Shown here one piece after another: positions 18,844-27,399 of a stretch of 64,000 bases of DNA. Position 1 is the stretch's first letter, and every line of letters begins with the position of its first letter. The translations under genes and the position numbers were made by a program. The notes below the pieces were generated by a model that saw only the letters and a program-made list of their open reading frames with translations, was not told where the DNA came from and ran no database searches. The DNA is from an uncultured virus (IMG/VR IMGVR_UViG_3300032893_000007). Taxonomy: Duplodnaviria; Heunggongvirae; Uroviricota; Caudoviricetes. The stretch lies in the IMG/VR virus record IMGVR_UViG_3300032893_000007, one strand, 5' to 3'.

Positions 18844-19106
18844 CCGAGGAGCCCTCCGAGGAGCACGTGGGTGAGCACGCCGGAGACGACGCCAGTGAAG
18901 ACGTCTCGGCGGGCGCTCGCGGCGTCCACGTGGTGGTCGGCCGCCACGGCGCGGATGTGTGCCCTCAGCTCCGCGGCGCAGCCCGGGAGGTTCGCGCGGT
19001 CGGCCAGGTGGTGCGCCCTCGCGAGCTCGAGCAGCGAGGCGCGGCCGCCGCGGGCGTTGGTGAGGGTTGTCTTGAGGTAGTCGATCTCTCGGTTGGACAT
19101 GGTCAC
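18840..19106 (-). CDS. Small protein with C-terminal TM
   Basis: C-terminal VFTGVVSGVLTHVLLGGLLG. Confidence 0.65.
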   Translation of the reverse strand: MTMSNREIDYLKTTLTNARGGRASLLELARAHHLADRANLPGCAAELRAHIRAVAADHHVDAASARRDVFTGVVSGVLTHVLLGGLLG

Positions 19107-19109
19107 ACG

Positions 19110-19394
19110 TTATTCCTCTACGGCTGAGACCTCGGACGTGGTGGTGAGCGAGCTCGGGGCGAGGTCTTGGAGGTCGCAGATTTTGTAGTTCGACCCGCGG
19201 GTGCCGCTTGGCCACTCGACGCAGGCTTTTCGGCCGTTGGGGTTGATGGACACCGTCGCCAGCACGCGGGACGCCTGGCAGTCGACGTGGAAGACTTCCT
19301 CGCCGGAGTCGAGGGTGTCGACGTGGCGTGCGTCGGTTGTCTGGCCGACTACCTGCTCGGCGGCCTGTCTGGCCAGGTGGATGAGGTGCTTCAT
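19110..19394 (-). CDS. Hypothetical protein
   Basis: 94 aa in gene chain. Confidence 0.6.
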   Translation of the reverse strand: MKHLIHLARQAAEQVVGQTTDARHVDTLDSGEEVFHVDCQASRVLATVSINPNGRKACVEWPSGTRGSNYKICDLQDLAPSSLTTTSEVSAVEE

Positions 19395-19397
19395 GGC

Positions 19398-19784
19398 TCA
19401 GAGGTCGTTTTCGGCCTGGAGGAAGGTATCGAAGTCGCTTCCGAGCAGCTTCTCCAGCTTGGAGTGCATGGATACGCAGGCTCGCCAGGTCTTGAGGGCA
19501 GAGCGGGAGTCGGTGTCGTAGCCGAAGTTGGAGCAGAATTCCTCGAAGGACTCTTGGCCGGAGCTGGCGTCCGAGAGGAGGCAGGACAGGACGCCGGCGG
19601 CCGTGGGCTCCTGCTTGATGCCGGTGCCCTGCCAGAAGTCGACGGTCAGGCGCCTGCCCTGGTAGGCGAGGGTGCAGGTGTAGCCATGGGATCGCTTCTG
19701 CCAGTCGTCCTGCTTGTCCCAGGGAACGCGTGCTCCCTGCTTCGACTTGAGGGTCACGTTCTGGGCGAGCTTTGAGAGTTTCAT
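19398..19784 (-). CDS. Phage-type hypothetical protein (PT..VL.CL.SDA...FEEFC..FGYD.DSR)
   Basis: ATG 19784 after AAGGA; lies under the conserved promoter. Confidence 0.75.
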   Translation of the reverse strand: MKLSKLAQNVTLKSKQGARVPWDKQDDWQKRSHGYTCTLAYQGRRLTVDFWQGTGIKQEPTAAGVLSCLLSDASSGQESFEEFCSNFGYDTDSRSALKTWRACVSMHSKLEKLLGSDFDTFLQAENDL

Positions 19785-19815
19785 CGCGGCATGTCCTTCT
19801 CGTTGTTTGAGGGTC

Positions 19816-19847
19816 ATCTTACCCGAAGCCTGAACAAAGTGTCAAGA
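19816..19847 (-). promoter_or_regulatory. Sigma-70-like promoter with conserved motif
   Basis: TTGACA-N18-TAAGAT; 21 bp identical to 2645-2665. Confidence 0.75.
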
Positions 19848-20351
19848 AGTATTTTTGAGGGGAGCGCGGCGACCCGAGGTAGCGAGCACGATCGCCGCGC
19901 CGAGGAGGCCCGCGACGCCGGCGATTGAGGCTGCCGGGCTGGGGGCGGCGGGTGGGGGTCCAGAGGGGGGAGGAGCGGCGGTTGGCGTCGAGTCGGCCGG
20001 TGCGGTCTCGAGGGCAGTCAGCCGCGCGGCGAACCTCCGGTTCTCGTCGAGCATGTCTTTGAGGGCGACGAAGTCCTGCCCGGAGTAGCGCCCGCGGTGC
20101 TCGTCGCGGAAGGCTTGCCAGCGGCGCAGGAACTGGCCGAACTCTTTGCGCAGGGGGACGGGGAGCTTGTGCGTGGCGTGGAGTCGGAGGTTCTTCTGGA
20201 AGTTTCGGAATGTCTCCGTCTCGATCGTCTGGGCGAGCTTGGGGGCCTCGATGTCGGCGAGGACGTCCTCGGCCATCTGGCGCCGGGTCTTCTCCGACAT
20301 GCCGGCGGACCAGTTCCTGGGAGTGTCGCCGAGGATGAGGTCGCGGGCCAT
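19842..20351 (-). CDS. C-terminally membrane-anchored protein with MARDL tag
   Basis: MARDLILGDTPRNWSAG; Pro linker; TM IAGVAGLLGAAIVLA. Confidence 0.75.
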   Translation of the reverse strand: MARDLILGDTPRNWSAGMSEKTRRQMAEDVLADIEAPKLAQTIETETFRNFQKNLRLHATHKLPVPLRKEFGQFLRRWQAFRDEHRGRYSGQDFVALKDMLDENRRFAARLTALETAPADSTPTAAPPPSGPPPAAPSPAASIAGVAGLLGAAIVLATSGRRAPLKNTS

Positions 20352-20353
20352 GG

Positions 20354-20632
20354 TTATCGTCCTGCTTCCTTGAGGACCTGCTCGAGCTGGTGCGCGGCGT
20401 CCTTGAGGGCGAACCGGGAGTTTCCGACCTGGTCGTGGGCGCGGTCGAGTCGCTCGACGGCCTTGTCGGGTCCCTTGGGCTGGCCGAACTTGAGGTTGCG
20501 GAAGACGGCGAAGATCCTCACGACGGCGCGCTCGGCGAGCTGGTCGGCCTGGTGGAGCTCGCGGAGGGCCCTCTGCAGCTCGGACGCCTCGTCGAGGGGA
20601 CTCGACAGCTTGATCTCCTTGGTCCTGGGCAT
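20354..20632 (-). CDS. Coiled-coil hypothetical protein
   Basis: 92 aa; GGAG RBS. Confidence 0.7.
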   Translation of the reverse strand: MPRTKEIKLSSPLDEASELQRALRELHQADQLAERAVVRIFAVFRNLKFGQPKGPDKAVERLDRAHDQVGNSRFALKDAAHQLEQVLKEAGR

Positions 20633-20884
20633 GGTTTATCTCCACCTCTCACATAAACCTCGATTGGCTTTACCGGACGATTCCCACTACTTTCCCAATC
20701 ATCCTGATTCTAAATCGCGGAAAATTGAGGAGTGTTTGATGCAACTCGGGCATGGCCAGTCGTGGCCATTTTCTTTGCTTCCATGCGAGCTTTTCGGAGG
20801 GTACGGTGCCTGGACCACTCGTCCATTTCTCCCAGTTCTGCCCGACCGATTGTTACAACATACATTTTTGCCATTAGAGTTCTC

Positions 20885-21034
20885 CTATCGTTTCAGTTCT
20901 TGGACCTTCTCACAGGAGGCCTCCTCGGCGTGCTCGAGGACGACCTCTGCCGGGTCGTCTTTGCGCTGGACCAGGCAGTCGGTGTCCGAGCAGAAGAGGA
21001 TCTTCCAGTTTTTCTTGAGTTGGTACATGATCAT
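20885..21034 (-). CDS. 49-aa hypothetical protein (not in ORF track)
   Basis: TAAGGA RBS then MIMYQLKKNWKILFCSDTDCLVQRKDD... Confidence 0.55.
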   Translation of the reverse strand: MIMYQLKKNWKILFCSDTDCLVQRKDDPAEVVLEHAEEASCEKVQELKR

Positions 21035-21142
21035 ATCCTTATTTGGCCGGTCTTCTCGTCGTGAGCAAGGCTCCGAGGATCGCCTTGTGACTTTTCTTGA
21101 CGGTGAGGGTTGGTATAATGGATTATTTGAAGAGTGGATTGG

Positions 21143-21637
21143 TTACCACCGGTAGTATGGGGAGTTTGTCTTAGTGAGGTAGGTGTGGAGTTTGTAGGCG
21201 TCGTTTGCCATGGCACGTCCGTGGGCGAGGAAGCGCAGGCGGTTCTTGGCGGGTTCTGGAAAATGGTCGCGGTAAACGCCGGATACTAGAGGTCCATCTT
21301 CTCCATAGAGTTGTATGCACCGATCGGCGAGGCCGTTCCAGGCTTGGTGGAGTGTTGCCATCAGTTCGAGGAAGTAGTCGGCTCGCTGGCGGTGGGCGGA
21401 CTTGGAGGACGGAATGCTGAACTGTTGGGCATATTGTATGGCTACGCGGGGTTCGCGGAGCATGTTCACGGGACCATTGTATTTCGGCATCCGCACGCGC
21501 TCGACGTAGGTGCGGTCTCCGAGCAGTGTTTCGGCCAAGGCTTTTTCTGATTGGCCGTGGTGCAGGTATTGCTGGTAGTGACGTTCCAACTCGGGTTCGA
21601 GTTCGAAGGTGGATTCTGGGATCAGTTTGATTGTCAT
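21143..21637 (-). CDS. Hypothetical protein (lower GC)
   Basis: ATG 21637 after GAGG. Confidence 0.65.
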   Translation of the reverse strand: MTIKLIPESTFELEPELERHYQQYLHHGQSEKALAETLLGDRTYVERVRMPKYNGPVNMLREPRVAIQYAQQFSIPSSKSAHRQRADYFLELMATLHQAWNGLADRCIQLYGEDGPLVSGVYRDHFPEPAKNRLRFLAHGRAMANDAYKLHTYLTKTNSPYYRW

Positions 21638-21653
21638 GGTTGAGACCTCGGGG

Positions 21654-22031
21654 TTAACCGTCGACGGACTGTAGACCGAGATTGTCTTGGAGGGGTTGCG
21701 AGGGTTCGACGATTCTCCACTCGATGCGGATGTCGTAGTCGGCCAGGTAGTGGCCGTCGTCGTCTGCGAACCCGTTGTTGTTTTCGAGGCGGTTCGTAGT
21801 GAACCGGCCCGGTTCGTCGGTCCAGTAGTAGAAGTCTTGGACGCGCAGTCCGGTTTTCTCGTAAATGAAGTCGGTGAAGTGCGACCGGATGGAGGCGCGG
21901 GATGGTTTGGTGGTCGACTTGTAAGTGTTGGACCACTGGTCAATGATTCGTTCTTTGCCTTGGGCACCGTTCTCGGGGTCCCAGTCGTCTACGGTCTTGA
22001 GGCCGGAGAAGATGATCTCGTAGGTCTTCAT
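21654..22031 (-). CDS. Hypothetical phage-type protein
   Basis: ATG 22031 after AAGGA. Confidence 0.65.
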   Translation of the reverse strand: MKTYEIIFSGLKTVDDWDPENGAQGKERIIDQWSNTYKSTTKPSRASIRSHFTDFIYEKTGLRVQDFYYWTDEPGRFTTNRLENNNGFADDDGHYLADYDIRIEWRIVEPSQPLQDNLGLQSVDG

Positions 22032-22038
22032 TTGGGGT

Positions 22039-22974
22039 TCATCCTTGTTCGGGGTAGGTGTCGGGTACTCCGACGACGACGGTCTTCCTGGAGCCGCCGA
22101 GCCACTTGACGCCGAGGTAGGTGACGCCGGCGACGGCGAGGAGCGCCCAGAGGGCGTGGTTCGCGGTGTCGGCGCGGTCGCGGAGGTCGTCCTTGAGCTC
22201 GGCCCACGCGGTGTTCTGGGTTTGGTTGATGCCATAGAGGCCGGCGGCTTCTATCCAGATGCGGGTGAGGCGGCGTAGGAACTCGTCGTAGGCGGGAGAT
22301 CCCGGCGAGTAGGTCGCGCGAGCCTCGCGCGATCTTCCGTATACGTCGGCGGCCGAGCGGGCCTCGGCGACCGCCGTGCGCAGGGGTAGGTGGTCGCGCG
22401 ACGCTACCCAGTCAAACCACGTGGTGTTCTCGTCGAGCATGCGCTCGCCGCACCGGACGCCGGCGAGGAGCTTTGCCCGCATCTCGGCGGCGGTGAGTTT
22501 CTTGGGCATGGTCCGCAGGAGCTGGAGGAGCTCGCCCGCGTAGGGTACGGGGACGGGTACCATGCCCTTCCGAATGAACTTCTGGGCGAGGTCGTGTGCG
22601 TCCTTGACGAGGCCGTCGAAGGTGACCTTGTTCACCTTGAGCATCATGTTCGGTCCGCCGGGGACGAGGCGCATGTCGGCGGCGAACGGTCGCCAGCGGG
22701 TGACGAAGTTGTCCCAGGAGCGTTCGTCGTCGCGCGAGAGGTGGGCGTCGCCGTGCGCGCGGCGGGATTGCTTGACCCCTCGGTCGACGGCGTCGACGTA
22801 GTTCTGGGCAGCGTCGAGGTCTGTGAAGGAGATCTCGTAGAGGTTCCACCCCGACTCCGTCCTGGCTCCGCGAGCCTTCCGGGCGGCGACGTCGGGGTAG
22901 AACATGTCGCCCACGGCCAGGTACTCGAGGGAGCCTGGGGGTGGGGGAGCGCCGCGGGCGAAGTTTCTTGCCAT
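22039..22974 (-). CDS. C-terminally membrane-anchored helical protein
   Basis: 311 aa; starts MARNFARG; TM ALWALLAVAGVTYLGV. Confidence 0.8.
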   Translation of the reverse strand: MARNFARGAPPPPGSLEYLAVGDMFYPDVAARKARGARTESGWNLYEISFTDLDAAQNYVDAVDRGVKQSRRAHGDAHLSRDDERSWDNFVTRWRPFAADMRLVPGGPNMMLKVNKVTFDGLVKDAHDLAQKFIRKGMVPVPVPYAGELLQLLRTMPKKLTAAEMRAKLLAGVRCGERMLDENTTWFDWVASRDHLPLRTAVAEARSAADVYGRSREARATYSPGSPAYDEFLRRLTRIWIEAAGLYGINQTQNTAWAELKDDLRDRADTANHALWALLAVAGVTYLGVKWLGGSRKTVVVGVPDTYPEQG

Positions 22975-23032
22975 GTTTCTTCTCAGGGTTCAGCGTCGTT
23001 GACGTCTGTATGTGTACGTTTTTCTATGGAGC

Positions 23033-23386
23033 TTAGTCTTGGTGTTGGCCTAGTAGCTTGGAGAGGTCGTGTTTGAGGCCGACGAAGGTTCTGACTTGAA
23101 TTTCGGCGTCTCCACGTCGTTTGTTGTCCTCGAACTCGTCGATGGTCAGGGTCCACGCTGGTTTTGAGGAGACGTTGCGCTGCAGGTTGAACCTCATCTC
23201 GCGACCTCGTCCGTAGTGCCATACGATGACTCGGGACGGGTTACCAGAGTTGTCGTAGTAGGTCTCAGGCCATAGGGTGAAGAAGTTCGCTCTGCTGTGT
23301 TTCTCGAGGAAGAGCTGCAGGTCGATTATTCGCTGAGATACTTCTTTCTCGTACTTGTTCGGACGGGCTGGATTGCCGTAGTTCAT
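23033..23386 (-). CDS. Hypothetical protein (lower GC)
   Basis: 117 aa coupled ORF. Confidence 0.65.
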   Translation of the reverse strand: MNYGNPARPNKYEKEVSQRIIDLQLFLEKHSRANFFTLWPETYYDNSGNPSRVIVWHYGRGREMRFNLQRNVSSKPAWTLTIDEFEDNKRRGDAEIQVRTFVGLKHDLSKLLGQHQD

Positions 23387-23607
23387 GATGACATCCTCAA
23401 CTCGAGTACTCTTAGGAAGGCGCCGTAGTTGCTTTGTCCGTGGATCTGGTCGCAGACGTAGGCGACGACGGCCATGGCGTCTTGTTTTCTCAGTTGGGCA
23501 ATTTTGTCCACGGCTTTCCTGAGGTTGCCGTTCTGGGAGTTGGCGACGTCGATCATGGAGACGATTTCGTGGACGAAGGTCATGAGGCTCATCGTAGATC
23601 GCGGCAT
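23383..23607 (-). CDS. Hypothetical protein
   Basis: ATG 23607 after GAGGA. Confidence 0.6.
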   Translation of the reverse strand: MPRSTMSLMTFVHEIVSMIDVANSQNGNLRKAVDKIAQLRKQDAMAVVAYVCDQIHGQSNYGAFLRVLELRMSS

Positions 23608-23627
23608 GTGTGGATCCTCTTGTGCGG

Positions 23628-23900
23628 TTACTTGATTATCCGGCCTTCTTGGAGGGTTTTCCAGACGCCGAGCCGGAACCAGTATTTGTCCTGCTCGGGC
23701 ATCTGGTTCCACTCGGGTTGGGGGAACGCGAGGGCGCCGACGCCCTCGACGACGGGGGCGAGCTCCTTTTGGGGGAGCGGCAGGTGTAGCTGCTTCCTGG
23801 CGACCTCGTCCAGGACGACCGGCAGGACCTCGCGGCCGGCGGTGCGGCCGGCTTTGAGCAGGAGCTTCTCTTTGGTGCTGATCTTCGGTCGTCTCGGCAT
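23628..23900 (-). CDS. Hypothetical protein
   Basis: 90 aa in gene chain. Confidence 0.65.
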   Translation of the reverse strand: MPRRPKISTKEKLLLKAGRTAGREVLPVVLDEVARKQLHLPLPQKELAPVVEGVGALAFPQPEWNQMPEQDKYWFRLGVWKTLQEGRIIK

Positions 23901-23903
23901 GAG

Positions 23904-24113
23904 TCACCTGCGGTGGAAGTTGGAGATCGCGAGCATCCCGAGGGCGCTCGACAGGACGAGCATGCCGATGGCGGCGCGGTTGCCGGCTCGGCGCACGTCG
24001 AAGCGGACGTCGTCTATCTTGTCGAAGATCTGCCGCTGCTGCTTGGCGGGGAGCGCGATGGAGCCGCAGCTCCAGTCGCGCCGGGTGCGTCCGAGTAGGA
24101 GGTCGTGTGCCAT
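23904..24113 (-). CDS. Small membrane protein with MAHDL tag
   Basis: MAHDLLLGRTRRDWSCG; C-terminal TM. Confidence 0.75.
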   Translation of the reverse strand: MAHDLLLGRTRRDWSCGSIALPAKQQRQIFDKIDDVRFDVRRAGNRAAIGMLVLSSALGMLAISNFHRR

Positions 24114-24125
24114 GGTGGTCTCACC

Positions 24126-24563
24126 TCAGGGTCGGTAGAATTCGTCGTAAGGGAGGACGATCTCGACGTCAGGCCTGCCGCGGAGGTCGTCAGTCCAGTT
24201 TACCCCGTGTCCGATTGACTGCATCCCGAGGTAGAAGCCGAAGGTCTCGCGGTCCTTGGCGAAGCCGGCGCGGCGGGCCTCCTCGTAGAGTCCCTCGAGG
24301 CCGGGCTTGTCCGAGAGGCGGGCGCGGTTCAGGTTGGCGAGGACGATCTTGTGGGCGAGATCTTCGGCCCAGCGGATTGCCCACCTGGGGGTCGGAGGGG
24401 CGGCCTGGTAGAGGTCGACTCCCGACAGGGACTCGCCGGCCGCCTCCTGCTCGTCGCCCCAGAGGGACGCCCAGGGTCCGCGGGCCATTTCCGTCAAGAT
24501 TTCCTGGGATTCTGGGCTCCCGAAGATGATGCTCTGGTCGGTGTTCTTCTTGCGCTTCGGCAT
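24126..24563 (-). CDS. Phage-type hypothetical protein (FG.YL.MQ..GHGV.W.DD)
   Basis: ATG 24563; 145 aa. Confidence 0.7.
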   Translation of the reverse strand: MPKRKKNTDQSIIFGSPESQEILTEMARGPWASLWGDEQEAAGESLSGVDLYQAAPPTPRWAIRWAEDLAHKIVLANLNRARLSDKPGLEGLYEEARRAGFAKDRETFGFYLGMQSIGHGVNWTDDLRGRPDVEIVLPYDEFYRP

Positions 24564-24591
24564 CGTGGGTTCTCGCGGCAGAATTTTCAGT

Positions 24592-24620
24592 TTGACACTT
24601 GGTTCAGGCTGTGTCAGGAT
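24592..24620 (+). promoter_or_regulatory. Sigma-70-like promoter with conserved motif
   Basis: TTGACACTTGGTTCAGGCT, one mismatch to the 2647 copy; N17 then CAGGAT. Confidence 0.7.
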
Positions 24621-24645
24621 AGCACGCAGGAGGGAGGAACGGACG

Positions 24646-25395
24646 ATGAAAATTACGGAGCGACGGGTTCGAGACTTCGTGCTGGCGATCTTGGTCGCGC
24701 TCGTTGCGTACGCGCTCGCGGGGTGCGACGGCGGGGCGGGTGAGGAAGAGGGTCTTCTTCCGGACGGAGGACTGAACGTCGAGGCTCTTCGTCGGACGGA
24801 TGCAGGTGTCGTGACTTGTGAGATTCCGTCTCCTACCGGCGACGTCTTCATGACGGATGCTCACGGTAATGACTCCAAGACGACTCGTCGGGAGTACTTC
24901 ACGCAGGTTGCTGCAACTGGGTCGGCGGGACGTTGGGGTGTCGTGGTGAACGCCGGGGAGGGCTTCAGGTCGTGCGTGGGTGAGAGTGGAAACAATCCCA
25001 TCAGTACGGTAGACGGTGCGACGGGAAAGCCGGTGACGATCAGCGATCCGTGTGACACGGCTCGCAGTTTCTCCGATTGCGTGGTGACGGGCACGACGAT
25101 TCACTACACGAAGGCTACGCAGTTGGAAGAGTGCAAGACGGTCATGACCACTTCTCAGTGTTCGGACGTCGAGCACGATTTCGTGGACTCCGTCGGCTTC
25201 AAGCGGTGCTGGGTAGTGAGTTGTGATTGGGCTAAAGATTCTTCGGGTCAGATCGTCGTGCCTAACACGATGGTGTGTACGGGGGCGCTCGGAGGAGTCT
25301 TGTGGACGAGCGAGGTCGAGATGGCTCTCTGCGATCCACAGGGAAGGTTCGTCGGGTGGTCGTGTCCTTCTCCCGAGCGAGTGAGCTGCAGTTAG
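24646..25395 (+). CDS. Cys-rich lipoprotein
   Basis: Signal peptide with lipobox LAGC; many further Cys; GGAGG RBS. Confidence 0.8.
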   Translation: MKITERRVRDFVLAILVALVAYALAGCDGGAGEEEGLLPDGGLNVEALRRTDAGVVTCEIPSPTGDVFMTDAHGNDSKTTRREYFTQVAATGSAGRWGVVVNAGEGFRSCVGESGNNPISTVDGATGKPVTISDPCDTARSFSDCVVTGTTIHYTKATQLEECKTVMTTSQCSDVEHDFVDSVGFKRCWVVSCDWAKDSSGQIVVPNTMVCTGALGGVLWTSEVEMALCDPQGRFVGWSCPSPERVSCS

Positions 25396-25407
25396 GTTGG
25401 GCATTCG

Positions 25408-26352
25408 TTAGATCCCGATCTCGCAGGACACGGCGAGCATCGTCACGGTCGCCTGGCCTGAGCGAAGGCCGACGATGCACTCGTCGCCGACGACGTTGAT
25501 CTCGGGGGCCGTGTTGGGGCTGATGTGGACGAAGTCGATGGGACGTATTGCGTTGTGCAGGAGAACGTCGAGCTCGGTCGAGGTCGGGAATCGCAGGATC
25601 TTGATCCTGCGGGTGTTTGCCGGCAGCGAGAAGAACGCGTAGTTCTGGAAGCCTCCGATGATGGTGGGGCTCGAGACCACGACGGGAGTAGGTGCGGCGA
25701 CTTCGTTCGAGCAGTAGCACCAGATGGTCTTGTAGGTCTTGGCGTGTGGTTTGTTGAAGTAGGAGGCCATCACCTTGACCAGGACGGGTTCCGGGTATAC
25801 GGGCACGTCGGCCGGTGGAGGACCAGGGTCGGTGACGAGCAGCGGAGCTCCCGGACCGAGCGGGGCGACCCCCTGGACCTGGGCGAGCGACTGCGGGGGG
25901 TCGGTGCCGAGCACCGGCGCGAGCAGGAGGTTGTCATACCTCGCGTAGGCGCGCAGGACGCCGGTCGGGACGGTGACGGTGGTGACGCCGTCCTGGGGCT
26001 CGACCGCGGCGCCGGCGACGTCGAGCCGGCCCACGAAGGGTCCGACGGTGAGGTCGAACTCGACCCTGGTGAAGCGGCCGCCGTTGCCGTACTCGAGGAT
26101 CCCGGTGATCGGTCCGGGGAACCCCGGGTAGGGGTTCTCGACTCCCTGCAGGATGCGCGAGAGGGTGAACACGACCGAGGTGGTCTGCCCCACGGCCGAG
26201 CCGGCCCGGAGGTCGAGGATGCGCGGCGGGTTGGTCTGGGGGATCACGGTCCCGACGTTGCCGTTTTGCGGGATGACGATCGAGCTGTTGCCGATGTTCT
26301 GGTCGGCGTCCTCGAGGAGGGGTTTTTTGTCTGCGTCTGTGTTGCGGCCCAT
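25408..26352 (-). CDS. Beta-rich putative virion structural protein
   Basis: 314 aa V/T/P-rich alternating pattern; last gene of the structural module. Confidence 0.6.
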   Translation of the reverse strand: MGRNTDADKKPLLEDADQNIGNSSIVIPQNGNVGTVIPQTNPPRILDLRAGSAVGQTTSVVFTLSRILQGVENPYPGFPGPITGILEYGNGGRFTRVEFDLTVGPFVGRLDVAGAAVEPQDGVTTVTVPTGVLRAYARYDNLLLAPVLGTDPPQSLAQVQGVAPLGPGAPLLVTDPGPPPADVPVYPEPVLVKVMASYFNKPHAKTYKTIWCYCSNEVAAPTPVVVSSPTIIGGFQNYAFFSLPANTRRIKILRFPTSTELDVLLHNAIRPIDFVHISPNTAPEINVVGDECIVGLRSGQATVTMLAVSCEIGI

Positions 26353-26358
26353 GGCGGT

Positions 26359-26772
26359 CTATCCTTTGTTGAGTCGCTCGCGGTCGGCGATGCGGTAGGT
26401 TCCTGGTTTTTCCGTGGTGACGAGGCTGGCGCCCACCTTGACGGCCAGCGGACCCTCGCTGCGGAGCAAGATGCGGAGGGGTTTCTGCGGGGTGACGGTC
26501 TCCCTCAGGGGCTCGCCGAACTTGTAGTCCGAGACGCGGCCGGGGGCCACGATGATGAAGTGGCCGACGGCGATCTGCTCGACGAGCACGTCCGCGTCGG
26601 CCGGCTCCTGCGACATGAAGAGGACGGGGTTCTCCATCGACTGCTCGGGGACGACCACGAGCCTGACGGTCGAGCGCGGGGAGAGGGTGGTCGACTGGAA
26701 CTCCACGCGGGTGTTCTCGCGCAGGACTACCCTCGCGGTGTCGATCTCGTCCTCGTCGCGCTGTTGGGCCAT
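26359..26772 (-). CDS. Degenerate paralog of putative capsid beta-barrel domain
   Basis: FQSTTL..STVRLVVVPEQSMENPVLFM...VLVEQIAVG aligns loosely by eye to the 46142-46747 core. Confidence 0.5.
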   Translation of the reverse strand: MAQQRDEDEIDTARVVLRENTRVEFQSTTLSPRSTVRLVVVPEQSMENPVLFMSQEPADADVLVEQIAVGHFIIVAPGRVSDYKFGEPLRETVTPQKPLRILLRSEGPLAVKVGASLVTTEKPGTYRIADRERLNKG

Positions 26773-26774
26773 CG

Positions 26775-27143
26775 TTACCTCGACCTTCCCCTCATGGAGG
26801 CGAGGTCCTGCTTGATGAGCGCGATGTCGTCGGTGAGTCTCCGCAGGGTCTCCTCTTGGCGGGTCATGGCCTCGCGCATTTGCTTGACGGCCTCGGTGAG
26901 TGTGGTCTTCTCGGTGGCGGCCTGGACGGCGGCGAGGTTGTATTCGGTGCGCTCGACGTAGAATGCCTTGCCGACGACGCCTATGACGGTGCCGGTGGAG
27001 ATCACGATCCCGAGGATGAGCCCCACGGTGACGACGAAGGACGCCGAGCCGATGGTCGTCACGCGCTCGGGTGGACGGGGGTCCATCATGGTTTGCGGCG
27101 GCGGGGTGAAGGTGGGGACTCCCTCCGGCATGGTGTAGGGCAT
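26775..27143 (-). CDS. Single-TM protein with C-terminal coiled coil
   Basis: TM FVVTVGLILGIVISTGTVIGVV followed by heptads. Confidence 0.75.
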   Translation of the reverse strand: MPYTMPEGVPTFTPPPQTMMDPRPPERVTTIGSASFVVTVGLILGIVISTGTVIGVVGKAFYVERTEYNLAAVQAATEKTTLTEAVKQMREAMTRQEETLRRLTDDIALIKQDLASMRGRSR

Positions 27144-27392
27144 CTACTGGGTCCTCCTCTGCTTCTTGAGTATCGACACCCTGTCCTTGAAGTAGGCCTC
27201 GAGCTCCTTGTGGCCGAGCCTGCGGGCGATGACGGCGCCGTCCTCGGCCTGGTCAACCGAGAGTCCCTCGGGGGAGACCCGGCGGAGGTGCTCGAGCCTG
27301 CGCTCGAGCATCCACCGCCTGCGGGCGGGCTCCGCCAGCGCGGCCCTGATGAGGCCGTACGTCAGGGCGGCGGCGGCGGCGATTCCCCACAT
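27144..27392 (-). CDS. Small protein with N-terminal TM
   Basis: MWGIAAAAALTYGLI. Confidence 0.7.
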   Translation of the reverse strand: MWGIAAAAALTYGLIRAALAEPARRRWMLERRLEHLRRVSPEGLSVDQAEDGAVIARRLGHKELEAYFKDRVSILKKQRRTQ

Positions 27393-27399
27393 GGTGACT

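Noticed and set aside
20097..21155. 352-aa plus-strand ORF
   Set aside because: Antisense to three minus-strand genes and crosses an AT-rich intergenic region
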